This document shows positions 32,420 to 38,105 of a stretch of DNA of 38,105 bases, in pieces. This DNA comes from Mesoaciditogaceae bacterium (GTDB lineage: Bacteria > Thermotogota > Thermotogae > Mesoaciditogales > Mesoaciditogaceae). Location of the stretch: positions 1 to 38,105 of the forward strand of contig WFSH01000092.1 in NCBI GenBank assembly GCA_015486145.1, in the 5' to 3' direction. A model generated the notes under the pieces. That model was not told the origin of the DNA, did not search any database, and saw only the letters and a program-made list of their open reading frames with translations. The position numbers and the translations under genes were made by a program. Numbering within the stretch: position 1 is the first letter of the stretch; the number at the start of each line of letters is the position of its first letter.

Positions 32420-34279
32420 ATGCAAATCTTTGAGAAGAATTTTTTGGGAAGTCTCGAACTGAAGAATCGTTTGTTTTCCGCACCGATTAAAACTGGATAT
32501 GGTCAAAGGGTGACAGATCGTCATATCGTTTATTATGATTCAATATCCAAAGGTGGTGTGGCGATGGCTTACGTGGAGCCTATATCTGTGAGTTTGAGTG
32601 GAAGAGAGCATCCCAAACAACTCAGGTTAGATTCGGATGAGTTTATACCTTCAGTTAAGAGAATAATAGATACGATTCACTCGAATAATACGCTTGCATG
32701 TGTTCATCTCAATCATGCGGGACGTGCCGCTAATCCAAAGGTGACATCAGGAGTTGTGTTTTCTTCCTCTGAGATTTCGTGCCCGTCAACGGGTGCGACT
32801 GCTCGTGAAATGACGAAAGATGAAATTTTGAAAACAATTGAGGATTTCAAAAATACCGCCATTCGTGTAAAAAAAGCCGGAGCCGACGTGATAGAAATAC
32901 AAATGGGACATGGTTACCTTGTTTCTCAGTTTTATTCTAAATACATTAACCGAAGAAGGGACGAATATTCTGATCCGTTAAAATTTGCAAATGATGTTAT
33001 GGATGCAGTTAAAGCTGCAAAATTACCGGTGATAATCCGCGTATCTGGTGATGAAATGGTTGAAAGAGGGCTGCATACAGAGGAACTCAAAGATTTACTT
33101 CGACTCGTTGAAAATAAAGGAGCGATTGCCATTCATGTGGGTATGGGGAATGCATGCGTTTCTCCTGCCTTTTACTACCACCATATGTTTGTTTCCAAAA
33201 CATTTCAAGAAGAATCTTTGAGGAAGATAAGAAATCTTACTTCGTTACCGATCATAGCAGCTGGAAGGTTTGGAGACCCGGAAAGACTTGAAAAAGCCCT
33301 CAACGAGAAACTCGCTGATTTTTTTGCACTCGGAAGATCTCTCGTTGCAGACCCGGAATTTCCCAACAAAATGCGAGAGGGAAAAACAGATGAGATTGTT
33401 TATTGTGGAGGATGTCTACAAGGTTGCTTGGCAAAAGTCAAGTCGGGAGAAGGTCTTGGTTGTATAGTAAATCCAGAGGTTGGATGGACCGGGAAGTTTG
33501 AAAAACCCAAGGATCACAAGCGGATAGCAATAGTGGGTGGTGGACCATCAGGATTAGAAGCGGCAATTGTTTTGAAAAAGCGTGGGTACGAAGTGAATTT
33601 GTTTGAAGAAAGTGAAAAGTTAGGTGGTACTGCAAATCTTGCTTATATTGCTGTGGGGAAAGAGACCATGAAAAAACCAATCGATTCGTTGGTAAAAAAG
33701 GCCCTTCGTTATAGAGTAAAGGTGAGTTACAATTCCAAATTCAGCGATTTGAACTCCAAAGACTTTGATTTGATAATTTCTGCAGTTGGCAGCAGTCCAA
33801 TTAAATTGAGCGTACCGGGTTCAGAGAATGTGTTCCAATTGACTGGACACGAATATTTTTCTGATCCCCAAAAATTGAAAGGCGCAAAGAAAATTTTAAT
33901 TGTTGGTGGAGGAATGATAGGAATTGAAGCGGCGGATCACTTGGTGGATAGCGGAAAAGTTGTAACTGTGGTTGAAATGCTTTCAGATATAGCAAGAGAT
34001 ATGGAACCCATTACACGTACATTGACCCTAAGCCGTTTGAACAAATCTGGAGTAAAGGTGTTCACCAACACGAAGCTTGAAAAGTTTGATGGGAACCATG
34101 CCATATGTTTTGTGGAAGGCAAAGAAGAGGACATAGGGGAGTTTGATGCGGTTGTGTTTTCCGTTGGCGTTAAACCCAATCCATCTCTCATCGGTTCGAT
34201 AAAAATAGGAGACGCCCACACGCCAGGTCAGATATACGATGCGGTTCATTCCGGTTTTGAAACGGCCTTGAAGCTTTAA
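32420..34279 (+). CDS. NADH:flavin oxidoreductase with Fe-S and FAD/NAD(P) domains (Old Yellow Enzyme N-domain; 2,4-dienoyl-CoA reductase / NADH oxidase family)
   Basis: OYE-type TIM barrel (VHLNHAGRA, IEIQMGHGYLVSQF). 4Fe-4S motif CGGCLQGC...C. Rossmann folds IAIVGGGPSGLEAA and ILIVGGGMIGIEAA. 619 aa. Confidence 0.88.
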   Translation: MQIFEKNFLGSLELKNRLFSAPIKTGYGQRVTDRHIVYYDSISKGGVAMAYVEPISVSLSGREHPKQLRLDSDEFIPSVKRIIDTIHSNNTLACVHLNHAGRAANPKVTSGVVFSSSEISCPSTGATAREMTKDEILKTIEDFKNTAIRVKKAGADVIEIQMGHGYLVSQFYSKYINRRRDEYSDPLKFANDVMDAVKAAKLPVIIRVSGDEMVERGLHTEELKDLLRLVENKGAIAIHVGMGNACVSPAFYYHHMFVSKTFQEESLRKIRNLTSLPIIAAGRFGDPERLEKALNEKLADFFALGRSLVADPEFPNKMREGKTDEIVYCGGCLQGCLAKVKSGEGLGCIVNPEVGWTGKFEKPKDHKRIAIVGGGPSGLEAAIVLKKRGYEVNLFEESEKLGGTANLAYIAVGKETMKKPIDSLVKKALRYRVKVSYNSKFSDLNSKDFDLIISAVGSSPIKLSVPGSENVFQLTGHEYFSDPQKLKGAKKILIVGGGMIGIEAADHLVDSGKVVTVVEMLSDIARDMEPITRTLTLSRLNKSGVKVFTNTKLEKFDGNHAICFVEGKEEDIGEFDAVVFSVGVKPNPSLIGSIKIGDAHTPGQIYDAVHSGFETALKL

Positions 34280-34476
34280 GCACGGAATCAAGATGAGAGA
34301 ACTTGTTTTGCGGTTCTCCTCGGGGAGAATAACCGGATCTCTTCGAGATAGTGTGGGTAGTATTTTTTGAACAACCATGCTTTGACATTTTACTACCGCT
34401 TTACAAGCGGTAAGTGTGATCTTTTTGAAGCCTTGTTAAAACTGATTCAGACGTTTGTTCCATGTTCCAAAAAAAT

Positions 34477-34920
34477 CTATTTTGCATTATTTGCATCTAA
34501 AAATATCTTCGTCATTCTGAAAAATCCATCTGATATTACTTCTAAATCTTTGGGCGGTATCTTTTTCATTGCATTCTCTATGAGAGTAACAAAATTTTTT
34601 ACCGTTAAGTTGAAGAGCTTTTCGCCCTTTGGAGTAAGCTCAACCTTTACCACTCTTCTATCTTCTTTGCTTCGTATTCTCTTAAGATAACCCCTTTTTT
34701 CCATTCCATCTATTAAGACCGTCACATTGGACTTTGCTATTGAAAAGACATCGGCAAGTTCACTCATTTTCTTGTTTGATTTCATCCCAACGTACATTAA
34801 AATGTAAAATTCCATCGTTTTCATCTTTTCAATTTCTTCACAACTTGGAAGAATTTTAGTGAATCCAATGATAAGATCGAAAACCATTTCAAGTATTTTT
34901 GCTCCGTCTGACTTTTTCAT
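34477..34920 (-). CDS. MarR-family transcriptional regulator
   Basis: 147 aa. Winged-helix core MSELADVFSIAKSNVTVLIDGMEKRGYLKRIRSKEDRRVVKVELTPKGEKL (the DRR-wing signature). AAAGGAGAG Shine-Dalgarno. Confidence 0.87.
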   Translation of the reverse strand: MKKSDGAKILEMVFDLIIGFTKILPSCEEIEKMKTMEFYILMYVGMKSNKKMSELADVFSIAKSNVTVLIDGMEKRGYLKRIRSKEDRRVVKVELTPKGEKLFNLTVKNFVTLIENAMKKIPPKDLEVISDGFFRMTKIFLDANNAK

Positions 34921-34965
34921 TTCATTCTCTCCTTTTTCTCTTTTTAATTTAGACTTGTTGAAGTA

Positions 34966-34978
34966 TTGAAACGTTCAA
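34966..34978. promoter_or_regulatory. Candidate MarR operator: inverted repeat TTGAA-ACG-TTCAA upstream of marR
   Basis: A perfect 5+3+5 palindrome lies 46 nt upstream of the marR ATG. A second overlapping inverted repeat GTTCA (34973-34977) / TGAAC (34999-35003) is also present. Confidence 0.3.
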
Positions 34979-35173
34979 AATAAAAAATATTAAAATTGTG
35001 AACATATTTATCCATAATATTTCGCTACCCTCACATTCGGAAATCTAAACTAAAAATAGATATTATTGGGAATAACCCTTACAAGAAAATGATCATTCCG
35101 GTCGCCGAGCCGCATCTTGTTTTGAAGAGGAAAAATCGTATTTCTTTAAACAATGTTGAATTAGCGTATTGAA

Positions 35174-36208
35174 TTAGTGTTCAGAATTTGGGTAGACTAT
35201 CAAATTATCTGCGTGACAGACTTCATCATGTCCCTTTTTCTTTGTGACTAACATTTCCCGTATTTCGCTGATGGAAAAGTCGACGATTCCGCGCCCGATT
35301 GGGTGAACGTTTTCGATTATCTCTACCGTATCACCACGTTCAAAATTACCGTCCACTTGAACTATCCCGACAGGTAAAAGGCTTTTACCCTTCACAATGG
35401 CAAGTGAGGCTCCTTTATCGATGTAAATTTTTCCCCGTGGCGTTGTCATAAGGGCGATCCACGCTTTTCTTGTGCGAAGCCTTTTACGAGGCAGAAATTG
35501 AGTTCCAACTTCTTTCCCGTCCAGAAGATTGGAAAAGTCATTGGTTTTCCCATTCAAAATAACTGTTTTAATTCCAGCACGTGAAGCCATTTTTGCGGCT
35601 TCTATTTTTGTGTTGATACCGCCGCTTCCCCAGCGAGAATTCTTAAGATGTAAAAGATGCTGATCGTTTTTATACTTTTTTATTGCTTTTCCTTCTTCGT
35701 TAAGTACCCCATCGACAGTTGTGAAAATTATGAGTATATCAGCTCCCCACCCAATTGCCACGTAAGCAGAGAGTGTGTCATTGTCTCCCAGTTTTATCTC
35801 ATCAATTGCCACCGTGTCGTTTTCGTTTACTATTGGTATAACATCAAGTTTTTCGAGAGAAATGAGGGTGTTTCGAAAATTTAGAAAACGACGTCTATCG
35901 TTAAAATCATCCCGTGTTAGCAACAGTTGAGCAATTTTTCTTCCAAAAAACTTAAATTTTTCCGAGTAAATTTTCATCAGCTCTATCTGGCCAATCGCAC
36001 AAAGCGCTTGTTTTTCAGATATACTTACTCCCTTAGACTTTATCAGTCCGTAGCCACATGCACGGGCTCCAGAACTAACTATGACAATTTGATGGCCTAA
36101 ATTCTTTATATTTGAAACTTCTTTGGCAATTGAGGAGACGTATCTTTCATCTATTCTTCCATTTTTTTCCACTAAAAGATTGCTCCCAATTTTGATGACA
36201 ATTCTCAA
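35174..36208 (-). CDS. proB: Glutamate 5-kinase (with C-terminal PUA domain)
   Basis: VIKIGSNLL...VSSGA...NENDT...LGDNDTLSA, with a PUA-like C-terminal part (GKIYIDKGA...LLPVGIV...GNFERGDTVEI). The start overlaps the proA stop by 4 nt. Confidence 0.93.
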   Translation of the reverse strand: MRIVIKIGSNLLVEKNGRIDERYVSSIAKEVSNIKNLGHQIVIVSSGARACGYGLIKSKGVSISEKQALCAIGQIELMKIYSEKFKFFGRKIAQLLLTRDDFNDRRRFLNFRNTLISLEKLDVIPIVNENDTVAIDEIKLGDNDTLSAYVAIGWGADILIIFTTVDGVLNEEGKAIKKYKNDQHLLHLKNSRWGSGGINTKIEAAKMASRAGIKTVILNGKTNDFSNLLDGKEVGTQFLPRKRLRTRKAWIALMTTPRGKIYIDKGASLAIVKGKSLLPVGIVQVDGNFERGDTVEIIENVHPIGRGIVDFSISEIREMLVTKKKGHDEVCHADNLIVYPNSEH

Positions 36209-37452
36209 GTTCTTATTTGCCCCTTCCCGAAGACAACGTATTTATATGTTGTCAATTCATTGAGACCTACAGGACCTCGAGCGTGGATTTTTTGCGTGCT
36301 AATACCCATTTCTGCCCCAAATCCAAACTCTCCGCCATCCGTAAAACGTGTAGAGGCGTTTACATACACAACGGCTGCATCGATTTGTGAGGTAAATTTT
36401 AGAGCATTTTCGTAATTCATTGTGATGATAGATTCAGAATGTCTTGTACCATAGTTTCTTATGTGTTCAATTGCCTCATCCACATCTTTTACAATTTTTA
36501 CTCCAAGTATGAGATCGAGATATTCTGTTGACCAATCACTTTCAGATGCCGGAGACATTTGGGGGATTATTTTTAATGTTTCTTCGCATCCTCTTAGCTC
36601 AACGCCTTGTTTTGAAAGTCTTTCATAAAGCAAAGGTTCAAATTGACGTGCGATTTTTTTGTGAACAAGAACTTTTTCGGCGGCGTTGCAAGTACCTGGC
36701 CGCTGAATTTTAGCATTTTCGATGATTCTGAGAGCCATATCGAAATTGGCGCTTTCGTCCACAAATATATGACAATTCCCGACACCTGTTTCCATAGTTG
36801 GTACCGTTGCGTTTTTGACAACAAAATCTATCAACTTCTTTCCACCCCTCGGTATGATCAGATCGAGATATTCGTCCATCTTGATCATTTCAGTAACTGT
36901 TTCATGAGAAGTGTCCTCTATCAACTCAACGGCCTCGCTTGGAATTTTGGATCTTTTCAAAGCTCTTTTTATAGCGTTAACCAGTGCTTTGTTCGTGTTT
37001 TGCGCGGATGAACTGCCTTTCAAAAGTAGAGAATTCCCACTTTTTAGTGCAATTGTTGAAGCCTCAACGGTTACATTAGGTCTGCCTTCATACACTATTC
37101 CGATGGCGCCTATAGGTACTCTCACTCTGTTTATCTTTAAGCCATTTGGCAGGACCCACCCTGTGTCTATTTTCCCAACGGGATCTTTTAATTCGACAAG
37201 TTTTAAAACGGAATCTACCATGGAGTCAATTCTTCTGTAATCCAAAGATAATCTGTCAATGAGAGAAGATTTCATCCCCTTGTTTTTTGCATCGTGAACA
37301 TCTCTGATGTTGGCATTAATGATCTTTTGTTTATCCCTTTCAATTTCACTTGCAATCTCTTTGAGCGCAAAGTTTTTTTCTTCCGTTGTGGAAGAAGCGA
37401 GGTACGACTTCGCTTTAAAAATGGCTTTTGCAAGTTCATACACGTTTGCCAT
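36205..37452 (-). CDS. proA: Glutamate-5-semialdehyde dehydrogenase (gamma-glutamyl phosphate reductase)
   Basis: ALDH-type fold with GVGNCHIFVDE, the catalytic Cys context RPGTCNAAEKVLVH, and HASTRFTDG-like NASTRFTDGGEFG. Start at ATG 37452 (MANVYELAK) behind GGGGGTGA; the ORF is open from 37476. Confidence 0.93.
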   Translation of the reverse strand: MANVYELAKAIFKAKSYLASSTTEEKNFALKEIASEIERDKQKIINANIRDVHDAKNKGMKSSLIDRLSLDYRRIDSMVDSVLKLVELKDPVGKIDTGWVLPNGLKINRVRVPIGAIGIVYEGRPNVTVEASTIALKSGNSLLLKGSSSAQNTNKALVNAIKRALKRSKIPSEAVELIEDTSHETVTEMIKMDEYLDLIIPRGGKKLIDFVVKNATVPTMETGVGNCHIFVDESANFDMALRIIENAKIQRPGTCNAAEKVLVHKKIARQFEPLLYERLSKQGVELRGCEETLKIIPQMSPASESDWSTEYLDLILGVKIVKDVDEAIEHIRNYGTRHSESIITMNYENALKFTSQIDAAVVYVNASTRFTDGGEFGFGAEMGISTQKIHARGPVGLNELTTYKYVVFGKGQIRT

Positions 37453-37780
37453 GGTATCACCCCCTACTCGATTCAAATTTTTGAAAAAATGAGGTTCTTT
37501 TAACCTTTAAGGATACAGGAACAAAATTCACAGAAATGTCTTGGTACAATCTCTAAGAGAATCTAATTGTTTAATTTTATCACAGTCTTTGTTTTTTAAA
37601 TGACGGAATACAGTGTCGTGGAAAAGATTCATTTAGGTTTTTATTTTAATCGAAATGGCGGTATACTTCAAGGAAAGGATCGGTTCTTATTTGTGATTTG
37701 TTTTTCTCGAAAAAATCAACGGGTACACAAGATGGCTATAAGTGTTTTTTCGAAGTCCTTTTTAAAGTGGAGGTTTTGGT

Positions 37781-38105
37781 GTGTGCGGAATATTTGGAGT
37801 TATAGGAAAAACAAATTCGCAAGAATTGTTTGAAGTTTCAAAGACGCTTTCCCATCGTGGGCCGGACGATGAAGGATTTTGCTCAATACCGGATCTCAAA
37901 CAGTTTGGTGGAAATGATACTGTCGAGGAGTTAAACCTTCCGAAATTGGAGGGAAATTTTCGAGCGGTATTTGGGCATAGACGTTTAAGCATAATAGATC
38001 TCTCGGCGAAATCACATCAGCCAATGGAAAGAGATGGGTATCTTTTAACTTTCAACGGAGAGATATACAACTACAAAAAAATAAGACGTGAGCTTGAGTC
38101 TCTTG
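37781..38105 (+). CDS. asnB: Asparagine synthase (glutamine-hydrolysing), 5' fragment; continues beyond the window
   Basis: GTGGAGG with GTG 37781 seven nt downstream. The product is (M)CGIFGVIGK...LSHRGPDDEG...FGHRRLSIIDLS..SHQPM...LTFNGEIYNYKKIRRELESL. These are the Ntn Cys2 and the AsnB-type RLSIxD / QP / NGEIYN motifs. The frame is open to the window end and is absent from the supplied ORF track. Confidence 0.85.
   Translation, partial: MCGIFGVIGKTNSQELFEVSKTLSHRGPDDEGFCSIPDLKQFGGNDTVEELNLPKLEGNFRAVFGHRRLSIIDLSAKSHQPMERDGYLLTFNGEIYNYKKIRRELESL

Noticed and set aside
34367-34690. A 107-aa plus-strand ORF overlapping the marR 3' half.
   Set aside because: It is antisense to a MarR gene with a clear winged-helix signature, and it has no Shine-Dalgarno or motif.
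37453-37560. I looked for a T-box leader upstream of proBA.
   Set aside because: I could not find the conserved T-box core (GGUGGUACCGCG-like) or a specifier-loop architecture. This was a manual scan only, so it is not a definitive exclusion.
37600-37833. A 77-aa plus-strand ORF in the proA/asnB spacer that overlaps the asnB start.
   Set aside because: It has no Shine-Dalgarno, an implausible composition, and an overlap in a different frame with the clear asnB N-terminus (CGIFGVIGK).
1-38105. A window-wide scan for CRISPR-like spaced direct repeats, tRNA/rRNA signatures, IS-element terminal inverted repeats, and integrase, transposase or phage genes.
   Set aside because: None were seen. All intergenic regions are 328 nt or shorter, and every ORF above about 100 aa that I accept has a housekeeping, envelope or metabolic identity. 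A by-eye scan cannot exclude short or degenerate repeats.

Overview
This 38.1-kb window is low-GC and very gene-dense. It reads as core chromosome of a Thermotogota-type bacterium. That assignment is an inference from three things: HslVU, ClpXP, sigma-70 and ribosomal proteins resembling Thermotoga sequences as I remember them, an Omp-alpha-like SLH/coiled-coil protein, and the translation signals (GGAGG Shine-Dalgarno sites, frequent GTG/TTG starts, many ATGA/GTGA start-stop overlaps). I call 40 CDS, including two truncated at the window edges.

Gene content, in order:
- 296-11919 (+): a 12-gene near-gapless array, coaD-ddl-hslV-hslU-tig-clpP-clpX-tsaD, a radical SAM gene, an 8-module PEGA protein, an Omp-alpha-like protein and a deoxynucleoside kinase.
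- 11949-14525 (-): a SufC/SufBD-like pair plus an MBL-fold hydrolase.
- 14636-20198 (+): apgM-type phosphoglycerate mutase, a second PEGA protein (DUF4384-like + PEGA + FlgD-Ig-like + C-terminal anchor), a NOX-type flavoprotein and a long-form sugar-1-P nucleotidyltransferase.
- 20238-25501 (-): rplU-prp-rpmA-(ECF S component)-rplM-rpsI-dnaG-rpoD, a tightly coupled string.
- 25.7-28.9 kb: a small membrane/lipid-flavoured patch with an orphan small ORF, a double-HKD PLD protein, hemolysin-III/PAQR, a DUF4234-like membrane protein and a MaoC hydratase.
- 28962-38105: rlmB-mutL-dprA, an OYE/FadH-like Fe-S flavoprotein, marR, proBA and the start of asnB.

By eye I found no rRNA, tRNA, CRISPR array, transposase/integrase, prophage or long DNA repeat. 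I could not identify a convincing new defence-type or mobile system.

The least ordinary features are:
- the envelope (toga?) set of two multi-PEGA proteins plus the Omp-alpha-like rod;
- a vitamin-type ECF S-component gene translationally coupled inside a ribosomal-protein/primase/sigma gene string;
- a possibly leaderless PLD gene that starts right after a terminator;
- a few structured intergenic segments.

All family assignments come from motif recognition in the supplied translations. No database search was run.
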